Positions 16,409 through 29,114 are shown, counted from the first letter of the stretch. The stretch: 64,000 bases of DNA from Octopus sinensis (GCF_006345805.1 NC_042998.1:31062001-31126000), one strand, 5' to 3'. Notes: generated from the sequence alone by a model not told the origin. Program-made: numbers and translations.

Positions 16409-19400
16409 GTACATGACACGGCTGCCCCTCATCCCAGGGTCTCAGATGCCCACACCTCCCACACCCTCAGAGTTGGCACACTCAATGTTGGCACATTGAA
16501 AGGTAGGTCTGGAGAGATTGTAGAGCTGCTTGAACGGAGACGTGTGGATGTATGTTGTATCCAGGAAGTAAGGTGGAGAGGAGGTTCCGCTAGGCTCCTC
16601 ACAGGCAAGGAACACAGGTACAAGATTTTCTGGGCAGGGAACACTGACGGGGTCGAGGGCGTGGGTATACTTCTTGCAGAGAAATGGGTAGGTAAGGTAA
16701 TTGAGGTAGTCAGAGTAAGTGACAGAGTAATTAAAATTAGATTAGTCCTTCACCACAGGACAGTTACCATCATTTCGGCATATGCCCCTCAACCAGGGCT
16801 ACCGGAAGGACAAAAAGACCAATTCTATGACACCCTATTGCGAACTACCTCGTTGACAAATGACAGTGACCTTCTCTTCGTGGCAGGTGATTTCAATGGA
16901 CATGTCGGACGGCATGTCGGGGGCTTCCATGGTGTCCATGGAGGCTACGGTTTCGGCTCTCGTAATGAGGAGGGTCCCAGGCTGCTGGAGTTCTGCGATG
17001 CAAATGACCTTATGGTCTGCAATACCAACTTCAGGAACTCTCCCTCTCACCTAGTCACCTACGTTCTGGCAGACACACCAGCCAGATTGACTACATCCTT
17101 GCCAGAAAAAGGGAAAGAGGGCTGATTATAAATGCCAAAACCTTTCCAGGCGAAGAATGCACTCCTCAACATAGATTAGTAGTTAGCAACTTCAGGATCA
17201 GAGCTAAATGGGCCCAGAAGAAGACCTGCTTGGAGGAGAAGGGTCTGGAAGCTAAAGATCCTGCAAATGGACAGAGATTTAGAGACATACTACTCGAAGC
17301 CTTTGACGAAATAGAAGGGGATATAGCTTCACTTAATGTGGAAGACAACTGGAGATTTCTACGGGACAATCTGCTGACAGCCACTGACCAGATCTGTGGA
17401 TGGAGTAAAGTACCATCTCAACCCAGAGTAACATGGTGGTGGAACACTGTGGTTGACAGGGCTATTAGACATAAGAGACAGGCTTGGAAGGACTGGAAGA
17501 ACGGTGGTAGCAGGAATTGTATCAGACAGCCAGAAGGGAAGCTAGGAGACAGGTTTATTTAGCCAGAGGGGAAGCGGATAAGAAAAATTTGCCAATGTTC
17601 TGCGCCGTGAGGATGAAAGACTTGAGGTATTTCGTGTTGCAAGACAGTGTGTGAGAGAGAATCGTGATGTGGTAGGAGAGAAGTGTGTTCGCATGGAGGA
17701 TGGTTCACTTGCGCTAAATGAGGATGCAAAGAGAGAGGTTTGGAGATGCCACTATGAAAGGTTGTTGAATAAAGAAAATGAATGGGATAAAGAGAGTCTG
17801 CTGAATGTTGACCCAACAGAGGGACCAGCTATCCGAGTTGATAGTTCCGTGGTAGCTAAGGCAATTAGAAGCATGAAGACAGCGAAAGCCCCAGGCCCAT
17901 CAGGAATTACTGCAGAGATGCTCAAAATATCTGGCAGTGTCGGCTATAACCTAGTCACCCGTATAGTCAACCAGGTGATACACGAAGGAGTCATACCCAA
18001 TGACTGGTGTAGCAGCGTACTAGTCAACTGATACAAAGGTAAAGGTGATGCCCTAGATACAAATAATTACAGAGGTATCAAGCTGTTGGATCAGGTAATG
18101 AAGGTTACGGAGAGGGTCATAGCCCAACTAATTAGAGAGAGAGTTAGTTTAGATGAGATGCAGTTTGGGTTTGTGCCAGGAAAAAGCACCACTGATGCTA
18201 TATTCCTGGTAAGGCAGCTGCAGGAGAAATACCTAGCCAAAGATAAGCCCCTGTACCTGGCTTTCGTTGACATGGAGAAAGCCTTTGATAGGGTCCCCCG
18301 ATCCCTCATCTGGTGGTCAATGAGGAAACTAGGGATAGATGAATGGCTGGTGAGGGCTGTGCAAGCCATGTACAGAGATGCTGTAAGCAAGGTTAGGGTT
18401 GGCAACATGTACACAGAAGAATTCAAAGTAGAGGTTGGGGTCCACCAGGGTTCAGTACTCAGCCCCCTCCTATTTATCATAGTCCTCCAGGCAATAACAG
18501 AGGAATTCAAGACAGGTTGCCCCTGGGAGCTCCTCTATGCTGACGACCTCGCTCTAATTGCTGAGTCACTATCAGAACTGGAGAAGTTCCAGGTGTGGAA
18601 GGAGGGTTTACAATCGAGGGGCCTTAGAGTCAACCTAGCTAAAACCAAAGTACTAATAAGTAGAAAGGTAGGCAATCCACAAATGTCCTCAGGAAGATGG
18701 CCCTGCTCGATCTGTAGAAAAGGTGTAGGTAGAAACTCTATAAGATGTACCCAGTGTAAGCTATGGACACATAAGAGGTGCAGCAATGTCAAAGGTAGGC
18801 TAACTGGGAAGATAGTTTTTATATGTGGCAGATGCTCGGGAGCATTGACCTCCGAAAATCTGCAGAAAACAACTTCCGTCACTTTCCAGGGGAAAAAATT
18901 AGAAGTAGTTGATAGCTTCCATTATCTAGGTGACCAAGTCAGTAGTGGGGATGGGTGCGCTGAGAGTGTAACTGCTAGAATAAGAATAGTCTGGGCAAAG
19001 TTTAGGGAGCTCTTACCTCTGCTGGTGACTAAAGGCCTCTCGCTCAGAGTAAAGGGCAGACTCTATGATGCATGTGTTCGAACTGCCATGCTACATGGCA
19101 GTGAAACATGGGCTGTGACTGTTGAGGACATGCGTAAGCTCATGAGGAATGAAGCCAGTATGCTCCGATGGATGTGTAATGTCAGTGTACTTACTCGACA
19201 GAGCGTTAGTTCCCTGAGAGAAATGTTGTACCTAAGAAGCATCAGTTGTTGCGTGCAAGAGAGACGATTGCGCTGGTATGGTCATGTGGCGAGAATGGAT
19301 GAAGATAGGTGTGTGAGAAAGTGCCAATCCCTAGCAGTTGAGGGAACCCGTGGAAGAGGTAGACCCAGGAAAACCTGGGACGAGGTGGTGAAGCACACCT

Positions 19401-20182
19401 TCGAACGTTAGGTCTCACCATGGAAATGACTAGAGACCGAGACCTATGGAAGTATGCTGTGCGTGAGAAGACCCGGCAAGACTAGTGAAGCCATAACCCG
19501 TGGCCCCTACCTGGGACATAGTCAGTCCACCTGTGCATACCTTCCTGCTTGTGACACTTGTGAAGACCTGTTGAGGCAAATCAAATCAAAGTCAAATCGA
19601 ATCAAGTCAAACCAAATCAAAATAGATGAACATCAATGGAATTTGTATCCTTGTGGTACCAGTGCCGGTGGCACATAAGAAAACCATCCGAACGGGACCG
19701 TAGCCAGTACTGCATCAACTGGCCTCCGTGCCGTGGGCACGTAACAAACACCATCCGATCGTAGCCATTCGCCAGCCTCGTCTGGCACCTGTGTCGGTGG
19801 CACATAAGAAAAACACCGAAAACACCATATCCGAGCGTGGCCGTCTGCCAGCCTCGTCTGGCACCTGTGTCAGTGGCACATAAAAAACACCATCCGAGCG
19901 TGGCCGTCTGCCAGCCTCGTCTGGCAACTGTGTCGGTGGCACATAAAAAACACCATCCGAGCGTGGCCGTCTGCCAGCCTCGTCTGGCACCTGTGTCGGT
20001 GGCACATAAAATCACCCACTACACTCTCGGAGTGGTTGGCGTTAGGAAGGGCATCCAGCTGTAGAAACACTGCCAGATCTGACTGGCCTGGTGTAGCCTT
20101 CAGGCTTGCCAGACCCCAGTTGAACCGTCCAACCCATGCTAGCATGGAAAGCGGACGTTAAACGATGATGATGATGATGATG
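16409..20182 (+). mobile_element. RTE-clade LINE, near full-length ORF2 (APE endonuclease + RT with embedded PHD-like finger), 3' UTR tandem repeats, (GAT)n tail
   Basis: APE motifs are GTLNVGTL, CIQEVRW, ISAYAPQ and GDFNGHVG. RT motifs are NYRGIKL, QFGFVPGKSTTDAIF, FVDMEKAFDRV, GVHQGSVLSPLLF, LLYADDL and FHYLG. The ORF probably ends near 19485. It has about four 1-bp deletions and one TGA at 18029-18031. The 5' boundary is uncertain. Confidence 0.96.
19662..20008 (+). repeat. ~63-bp tandem repeat (about 5 units) in the RTE 3' UTR
   Basis: The unit is approximately GTGTCGGTGGCACATAAAAAACACCATCCGAGCGTGGCCGTCTGCCAGCCTCGTCTGGCACCT. Confidence 0.9.
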
Positions 20183-20348
20183 TATATATATATATATGTA
20201 TATATATGTATGTATGTATATATATATATGTATATATATGTATGTATATATGTATATATATGTATATATGTATATATATATGTATGTATATATATGTATA
20301 TATATATGTATGTAAATATATATTTCTAAATATATATATATGTATATA
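20183..20348. repeat. (TA)n/(TATG)n array
   Basis: Directly visible. Confidence 0.95.
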
Positions 20349-20363
20349 TTTTTTTTATGTCAG

Positions 20364-20417
20364 GGTCACCATTTCATAGCAGCAGCTGTTGGGTGTTCAA
20401 GTGCATGTTATTGAATG
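20364..20417 (+). CDS. Putative mucin exon A: 5' UTR plus initiator ATG (20415-20417)
   Basis: Acceptor TTTTTTTTATGTCAG|, exon ends TGA ATG|GTAAAA (in-frame stop just before the ATG). Phase 0 matches the next exon. Confidence 0.45.
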
Positions 20418-20858
20418 GTAAAACAGTTAGGATGAATCACCATAAAACATTTTTGTATATAAATATATTCTTTCTTCTGTGTTCACCTTTGGTGGTGGAA
20501 GCATGTGGTATGATACAAAAACGTGTGTTTACATACCAAGTTTTGATTTTTGCTTTTGCTCTCAAAGAAGTAACATATAATATTTGTATTACGGTATGTA
20601 TGCATATGTATAATGAGAACAGACATTTTGAGAATGTGTGTATGATGAAATATTTTTCTTTACAAACCATATATCTTGTGTTGAGGTGAATAGACATGTA
20701 AATAACATATATGGGAAATTGTGTGGAGCTGAAGTGAAGACGTGTCTTTGACCAAGGCCTAGAAGCAAATGAGATCACATCGCCTGTGTAGCTCAGAACG
20801 AGGCGACTGTATCAAAGCAAGGCTACCTACATCTTCAATATATTCATCTGCTGTACAG

Positions 20859-20934
20859 GCTATTATACTATGCCTAAGTTATGTAGCTCTGCTACCAGAG
20901 TTTTATATTTGTGCCACCTTCAGCACTATTAAAG
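20859..20934 (+). CDS. Putative mucin exon B: signal-peptide exon (AIILCLSYVALLPEFYICATFSTIK)
   Basis: CTGTACAG| acceptor and AAG|GTAACA donor, 76 nt, phase 0 to 1. The N-terminus is hydrophobic and in frame with the downstream exons. Confidence 0.6.
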
Positions 20935-21868
20935 GTAACAATAGTGATATAATTCAAATGAAATCAATCCCATCTTATGCTTCTGAATTACTTATGACAC
21001 AATACAGAACTAAAATGCATATTAACAGAACTGTTCAATGCTCATACAGTCTGTAATGTATTAAGAACATTTTTCAAACTTTTCTCATGCTAAAAACATA
21101 AAATATTACATTCAAAATGCATTTTTGTATAATTGTGTCCAAGTCGAGAGGAGCTAGATGACACTGAACAAGGATATGATCTTCAGGAAAATACAATGTG
21201 CAATTTCACACTCTCATAAAAAATAATGCTACAATAGAGACAAGAGAGGTGTGAAGAAATTGTGTGAATTAAATTATCAACAGAAACACCCTTCAACTAT
21301 ATAGAATGCACAAACAAATTCATAGTCCACATGAATTTGTTCTTCAGTAACAACTTCACCTCAAAACAATGGGATAATGGACCTTTTCAATATACACAAA
21401 CCTATGTTTATTCATCGCATCCCTTGTAGAAAGTGCACACCAAGTGTGATGTAAGAACATCTGAAAACGAAACAGCTGAAATGTGTTTCTCGTTTAGCAA
21501 ATTTGATCTGAATGTTTCCACATCTCTCAAAGCTGTTGATACTGCTAACAACTCCAAGCATTTCTCCCTATTTCTCACACACTATCGTTCTTCACTCTCT
21601 CTCACTCATTCTACTTGCTTTCTCTCACACTCAACTCCTCCTCCTCCTCTCGTGCTCTCTCTATAATACATACATGTCTGCTCTCTCCAATTTTTTGCCT
21701 TATGTCCACAAACACTTAATTCAAGTCTCATTATAAATTTTCTTCAAGGTATCAAGAGAGTTAATTAAATAATTTAGAAGGTATCTTTTCAAAATTAATA
21801 ATGCATAATAGGTGCTGCAAAACCATTACTTTATAATTTTTCTTTTCTTATTTTCCTGCCATTTCTAG

Positions 21869-21916
21869 AACCATCTAACAAACCAAACACAAAAGTTACT
21901 GTGTCACCACCAACAG
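21869..21916 (+). CDS. Mucin micro-exon C (48 nt; E-PSNKPNTKVTVSPPT)
   Basis: A long pyrimidine tract precedes TTTCTAG|, and the donor is CAG|GTATAT. Symmetric phase 1-1, P/T/S-rich and open. Confidence 0.7.
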
Positions 21917-24089
21917 GTATATTCCTTTTTATTGTATGCTCTGCTTTTCACTTCAAAGCAATCCCATCATCTCTTAATAGTTCTATGCAAATTGTGGCTC
22001 AATGCTCATTCGTTTTTATTTGTCACCTTCTTCTTCCCTCTTGTCTCTGTCCTTCCTTTTCAACCTCTCCCTCTCTCTTCTTCCCTTTTATTCTCTCTCT
22101 CACATTTCCTCTGTCTTCCTCTTTCTACCACCCTCATTACCTTACACACATATCTCCTCTCACTACTTTCCCGCCTCTCATTTATCAATGGTTTTGCTTC
22201 TCACTCTTTCCACTCTCTCCGCAAAATTTTACTTCTCATTTGCACCCATATATTCACACACTTCTAAATCTTTCTCATACTCCATTCCACACGCTACGCA
22301 AGTACAAATTATCCACTTCTCATTTGCATGGGATATACAATGTCAAAATTAGAACACCAAGATGTCTTTCTATCGCATTCGCCTCTTATTTCTACCAATC
22401 TCTCTCATCTTTTCTCACTTTATCTCACTGCCTCTTTCTTATTCTTTCTCTCACTCCTTAACTCGCGCTCTCTCTCTCTCTCACTCTCCCTCTTTATATG
22501 TATACAGAATATATATATATATATAACATTACAATTATCATAGTCATCCTTATCAAGTCATTCCATATGAATTCAAACACACTTAAAACAATTTTGCAAA
22601 TAGCTAGCACAGATTTCTCTCAAATTTATATTGGTATGCCTCTATATTCATAAAGAACTCATGCATAATTTTAGGGTCCAGTCCCTACAGCTTTCAGATA
22701 CGAGCCTTCAAAATTTCAGGGCAATGTCCCCCATGGAGGGTGAATGCCAACATATACTACATATTTTGGTGATGAATATCTTTAGAAACTAATCACTGCC
22801 TTTCACTGAAATTAGCTATTTCAGTAATCTGAACCCAGCCTGTCAGAATCTGCTCAAAGAAATTATTCTATCTGCTTTCAATTTCAAGTCATCGGCTTTT
22901 TGCATATGAACCCCTTCATGGGTGCAAATAAGAAAATCAATAATCGACTTCCCATAACGCCTACAAGTCTAATACCAACAATCTTCTGTGAAGTATCTTC
23001 AATTTCAGGACTCGTCTGTCTGTCCATGATAGGAATATTGACATTGTACAAGGTTTCATATAATATTAAGATGCCTCTAAAAATGCTTCAAGGTTAAACA
23101 AGCACTTTTCCAATAATTTTCGTTGCACATCTTCTCCTTGTGGCAATTAACCAACGGCATGAGACTTGTTCTACAGCAATGTATATATCCAAACATCATT
23201 CCGATTAAAATTGCAGCTTCTCTTTCTCGTCTCTTATATAGTTAATCCGGTTTTCCCCTAATAGTGTTCTTTTAGCATACGCATTCTGTTATTATATGGA
23301 AATTTATTGGATCAAGTGGACTGGCACACACACGGTGCCCCATAGTGGAACCCTACATTATTTGTAATAAATTTTATATAATCCCTGTGGATTCATGCGC
23401 ACCCTTTGGGCATGTGTGAGCTGTTTCTTTGGCTATGTGTTTGCCATAATGCTTGAATTAGGACATTCAAGATGCATGAAAAAAAATCTGCTTTGAGTCA
23501 TTTGTATAGAACAGATTAAAGTGAAGTATAAATAAGAGAGTAAGAAAGACATAAAGAAAGGGACGGACGGACAGACAGACATTGTTTGAAACTGGAAATT
23601 GTATGATGGGAGAAGATGTACACCTGACATTCTGACATTAAACCTGACATTCTGAACAAAGATTGAAGAACCCTCGTCTTAATTCAAATCCCGTCATAGC
23701 CTGCTTCATGAGTAGACTTAATCTCTCACTTGGTTTGATACCACCACATAGCCATTGAGTAGTTTTAGCACTGTGGAAAACATGCAGGTCTACGCTTGAA
23801 CCCTTCTCACCGATCTGCCAATGCCAAACAGCAGAATGACACTGCAACCAGTTTCAATGACACTGAATTCTATTTTGAACTAAGCTGCCAGATCATTTGA
23901 GTGCACCCCACCCAAATCAGCTAATTGTATGAGAAATGCAGCTTCTTACTGGAAGTGAAAGGTCAATGAGATAAAGGGAAAGCTGAGGTCACATTCACCA
24001 GTGCATTCGACTTTGAAATGGTTCAGTTTGATTCATAATACCAGGAGAAAATGATTGTTGTGAATCTAGTGAAAAGCACAAAACAGATG

Positions 24090-25700
24090 AAAACTGAAAT
24101 TGCTGCAAAGTAAGAGAAGATCAAGCTATTAACCCTTCTGCCACAAAATTGGTCTCAGGGGAAAACTAGTGAAAATTTTAATATAAGTGATCGTATGGTG
24201 TAGAGATCGCAGCAACTGGAAAAAGAAAACGGTATTTTAGCTGATCTTCACCCAAATAAAAGCAAGAGAGCACTTGCTTCCTATGTCACAAAACAAATAA
24301 TACAATTGTATGTGTTGGAAGAATATTAGCATGTTTTCCCAGCTAAAAAAAAAAATTCTTACTATAAAGAAGAACGGAGTAAAGGTTCACCAGCAAAAGC
24401 ATCTGTTGCTCGTGAATGTGCATAAACTTTTTGCGGAATACAGTAAGAAGGACTCAGCAGATCAGGCAGGCCTTTCAAAGTTTTCTGACTTGCAAGTAAA
24501 ATGGTGTGTTCCTGTTAATGCCTGAATATGTGTTCGTAAGCAACACCAAAATGCAAAATTTATCACCACAACAATTCCCCATGTAGTCATGACTACAAAA
24601 ACTTACTTGGCAAAATGTTCTCTTCCATGAACGATTATGATTGCATGCTGTTCCTGTACCAATCATGTCCTCGAATGATTAACATTGAACAACGGAAATT
24701 GTTAGGCACATTTCCATCATGATTTTCACTTTGACAATTTAGTAACATAGAAAGACAGGGCACATGTGGAGTGGACTGCCCTCTTATGCCTAACAAACAC
24801 AGTGAGTGACTTCATTCAAACCGCTGGCAGAGTATTTCATTCTCCATGACAGCACCATTTCATAGCAACACCTCAAGTTTCCTTAGTTATCTGAAAGATG
24901 ATTTGACATCAAATCAAACTATAGTATTTTGGGATTTTACAGGAGATTATCTTTTGGTAGTTCAGGAAGAGGTGCATGTGTTTTTTTGGAGCAATTCACC
25001 CATTCATTACTGAGACCATTGGAAACCTGCAATGGACTTCAAACTATAATATCTGATTGTTTGAAACACATCACCACCAAAACGCACGCCTCTCTTACAA
25101 GGGTTATAAAAGCACGTCAATTATAGCTGCTATTCATAAATAAGCTCCCGTACTTCAGTGACGGTGCAGCCAAACAATACAAGAACTACAAAAGCCAAAC
25201 AAATCTCTGTCATCATCAGAACGAATATAAGCTCGAGATAATTTGGAATTTCTATGCCACACCACATGGAAAGAGTTCATGTAATAGAATCGGTGGGAGA
25301 GTGAAAAGTTTGGGTCGAAAAGCAAGCTTACAAGCAGCAAAAGAAAGATAAAATCACACAGCTTCCGACATATAAAACTAGGCACGCGCAAGCATTCCAG
25401 GAATAAATTTCTTTACATGTCAGCCACCGATGTCGTCCTATATTAAATTCATTTCGACTTGCATGCATGATTCAGTTACGCAGAGAAAGTAATTCACTCA
25501 CAATACCAACACTGCCTTGTTCCTTTTTCAACAAGTAAACAGCTAATAAAAACAATAGCAGCTGATCACCATTTCACCCTTCTAGATAAAGTATAATCAA
25601 GTAGGGTACCATTGGCTTATGTTATTAAGCTATTCTATTCGCCAGAGGACATACTATTTGTCGAACATCATGATATCTGACTTATAGATTTCCCCAAGTA
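24090..25700 (+). mobile_element. Decayed DDE-type DNA transposase remnant (superfamily not assigned)
   Basis: Fragments read EKIKLLTLLPQNWS, KVHQQKHLLLVN..LF..GLSKF..KWCV, DFTGDY..VQEEV, YFSDGAAKQYKN (25151-25186) and WNFYATPHGKSSCNRIGG..K...KASLQ. Stops and frameshifts are numerous, no TIRs were identified and the boundaries are approximate. Confidence 0.7.
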
Positions 25701-26184
25701 AGGTTTTTGCATTTCCACAATCCAAACTTAGAGCATTTAAGCACGTAAGGATCTCACCTGTTATCCATGTGGTTTCTCAAACCTGGCTCACCTGGTTTTA
25801 GCACCATCTAACATAGTTTTGTAAAATTTCTCTTATAGAAATTAACTCGTCTTCTCATAAACAGTGATTTACATAATAGGTAATCAATACATTATTAAGA
25901 TTGTAATCTCTTTATATTTACTGCTTCAATATGAAATTTTATTCAAGCTTTCAAACCTAATTATTTTAGGACAAGATAATTCTGCACACACATATTAGGT
26001 TCGTTTTACTCCACTATGCATCTAAAAACATTCAGAAAAACAATTCATTTCTTTCAACCAAACAAAGAGTTCTTTTACAGTATCCTTCCACAAAACAATT
26101 TAATATTATTTTTTAACTCTATCGTTTAAACGTGATATTGAATTAATTTATTTTATAAACAAATTTTCCTTCTTTTCATTAAAG

Positions 26185-26217
26185 CAACAGCATCCTCTAC
26201 AGCTACAACACCCACTG
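26185..26217 (+). CDS. Mucin micro-exon D (33 nt; A-TASSTATTPT)
   Basis: TTTTCCTTCTTTTCATTAAAG| acceptor and CTG|GTCAGT donor. Symmetric phase 1-1, with the same T/S/A/P composition as the giant exon. Confidence 0.72.
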
Positions 26218-26294
26218 GTCAGTATAAATTTTGACATCTCTCTCTACTCCTCTCTGTGTGTCTTACAAGTATAAGCATATCTCAGTTTTATATA

Positions 26295-26475
26295 TCATCA
26301 TCATCATCGTTTAGCATCCACTTTCCATGCTAGCATGAGTTGGACGGTTCAACTGGGGTCTGGGAAGCCAGAAGGCTGCACCAGGCCCAGTTTGATCTGG
26401 CAATATTTCTACGGCTGGATGCCCTTCCTAACGCCAACCACTCCATGAGTGTAGTGGGTGCTTTTTACATGCCAC

Positions 26476-26480
<5 letters not shown>
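26295..26480 (-). mobile_element. RTE-type 3' end with (GAT)n tail
   Basis: Same terminus as 326-520 and 20030-20182. Confidence 0.85.
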
Positions 26481-26510
<30 letters not shown>

Positions 26511-26515
<5 letters not shown>

Positions 26516-26822
26516 GTATAATTCAAATGAAATCATGCCCATCTTATGCTTCTGAATTACTTATGACACAATACAGGACTGAAATGCATATTAACAGAAC
26601 TGTTCAATGCTCATACAGTCTGCAATATATTAAGAACATTTTTGAAATTTTTCTCATGCTAAAATCATAAAATATTACATTCAAAATACATTTTTGTGTA
26701 ATTGTGTCCAAGTCTAGAGGAGCTAGATGACACTGAACACGGATATGATCTTGAGGAAAATACAATGTGCAATTTCAAACTCTAACAAAAAATTAAATAA
26801 TTAAATAATTTAGAAGGTATAG
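26511..26822 (+). repeat. Local duplicate of intron sequence 20941-21225 (+21762-21783)
   Basis: Co-linear match of roughly 90% by eye, followed by a jump to AATTAAATAATTTAGAAGGTAT. Confidence 0.9.
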
Positions 26823-26886
26823 GACATACAATATCACCTTTGTTTATCTACCTGTGATTCCACTGCACCTCTTATATGTCCAATTG

Positions 26887-26934
<48 letters not shown>

Positions 26935-27370
26935 ATCAAAGGAGCAGAAACAACATACTCTGAATGAATTAAAAGGTAATGTAGGCAAAGGGGAGAGTAA
27001 AAAATCCATGAATCAGGTACTTCATAACTATTGGAAGGAATGTGGGCATGCATGTGTGTGTGTATGTTCTTCATGCATTCAAAAACTTAGTTGCCAATTT
27101 TGACATAAGGGCTATCAAAAGAGTCAGTAAGCCTTCAGCTACCAAATAAACTTAATTTTCATTTACATATTTGCATTACAAAAATTTAAATTATAATCAA
27201 CATTTTATACCACGAGAATGATGATGTCACATTTTCTATTTGACTGTGTATGCCTGTCAGTGTGTGCATGTGTTTGTGTATTCGTTACTGATTTTAGGCC
27301 AATGACTGAAAAGTTTATATGCATGATGGTGTATGTGTCTGTCAGTATACATACATTTCTGTGACAACTG

Positions 27371-27402
<32 letters not shown>

Positions 27403-28093
27403 CTAAAGACAGCATTAGTATTCTACAACCCATAACCTTACATAGTTAAAATATATACTTATATCAAATTAATTTATGTCTTGCTCCGTACATCCTTCAG
27501 CAAGTGCTTTAAAATAATTAATGTTTACAACAGCAACCTATTCCTTTGTACACATTTTGTTCAGCATTCATTTAAAAATTGTAAAATAATAAATTATTTT
27601 TGTATGAAATTGCATTATACCGTCTGAATTTTCTTGCAGCTTGACTTTATTCACCATGACATTCAATCCTGAATTTTATAACATTTAGTACATGGTCCAA
27701 ATAAATGTTGACTTTCCTACTTCGTTACATTGGTGACTTTCTGGTGCTGGAATATTTCTTTCGGAAATATTTCCAAAAAAAAAAATATATATATATCATA
27801 GCTATGCTACAGAAAGTATGTTTTGCACATATACTAGCCACATTTTGTTTCCCTTAAACTTTGTTTTGCTGTTTTCAAAATTATCATTTCTATGGGTGTC
27901 TGTGTGTCTTTCTGCATTTGTTACATCTATATATAGTAAAGGACATTTTATACTGTTTTAATGGGCCCACATCTAATGAAGTAGCCATCTTTATGGTAGG
28001 TGATCCCCATGAAAATCATGCTATTCTCATTCATGCTCAAGATAACAAACTTAAACATGTTTCAAAGACTCATATATATGTATATATATATAT

Positions 28094-28638
28094 GTAAAAG
28101 CACCATCCGTTCGTGTTCATTGCCAGCCTCGCCTGGCCCCGTGCCGGTGACACGTAAAAGCACCGTCCGTTCGTGGCCGTTTGCCAGCTCTGTCTGGCCC
28201 CGTGTCGGTGGCACGTAAAAGCACCATCAGTTCGTGTCCATTGCCAGCCTCGGCTGGCCCCCGTGCCGGTGACACGTAAAAGCACCGTCCGTTCGTGGCC
28301 GTTTGCCAGCTCTGTCTGGCCCCGTGTCGGTGGCACGTAAAAGCACCATCCGTTCGTGTCCGTTGCCAGCATCGCCTGGCCCCCTGCCGGTGACACGTAA
28401 AAGCACCATCCGTTCATGGCCGTTTGCCAGCTCTGTCTGGCACCTGTGCAGGTGGCACGTAAAAAACACCCACAACACTCGCGGAGTTGTTGGCGTTAGG
28501 AAGGGCATCCAGCCGTAGAAACACTGCCAGATCTGACTGGGCCTGACGAAGCCTTCCAGCTTCAGAGACCCCAGTTGACCCGTCTAACCCATGCTAGCAT
28601 GGAAAGCGGACGCTAAATGATGATGATGATGATGATGA
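28094..28638 (+). mobile_element. RTE-type 3' end with six alternating ~60-bp tandem units and (GAT)n tail
   Basis: AAAAGCACC.TCCGTTCGTG... units are followed by GGCGTTAGGAAGGGCATCCAG...CCATGCTAGCATGGAAAGCGGACG and (GAT)n. Confidence 0.88.
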
Positions 28639-28689
28639 TATATATATATATATATATATATACTTCTGCTCTATCTCCTCATTCATCAC

Positions 28690-29114
28690 AATGTTTTTCA
28701 ATAGAGGAAGAAATGTAAATAAATAGTGTGTGTGTGATTGAGTAAGAGAGAGAGGGAGAGAGAGAAACAGACATAAATTAAAAGAGAGGAACTATTACAG
28801 AGGGTGAGAGAGAATATATGTGATAGAAACACAAAATTGCCAATGAAGGAGTGAGAGGGGTGAGAAAGAAATAGAGAAACAAAATTAGGAAGTGGCTCTT
28901 CTCCTCCTCCATCTCATTTGTCATGTTTTTCGATAGAGGGACAAATGTAAATAGTGTCAGAGTGAGTTAGAAGGAGAGAGACAAAGTGAAAAAAACAGAC
29001 ATAGACTAAAAGAGAGGAACTGTTACAGAGGGTAAGAGAGAATATGTGTGAGTGAGAGAAACACAGAATGAGAAAAAGACAGAGAGAAAACAAGTTTCTA
29101 TAAGAGAAGGATAG

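Noticed and set aside
20769-21056. 95-aa single-exon ORF MRSHRL...
   Set aside because: Only its middle has exon-like boundaries. The 3' half is intron sequence that is duplicated at 26511.
28094-28470. CRISPR-like appearance of ~60-bp periodic palindromic units (also 19662-20008)
   Set aside because: The whole unit repeats with no unique spacers, there are no cas genes, and it is part of an RTE 3' UTR in eukaryotic DNA.
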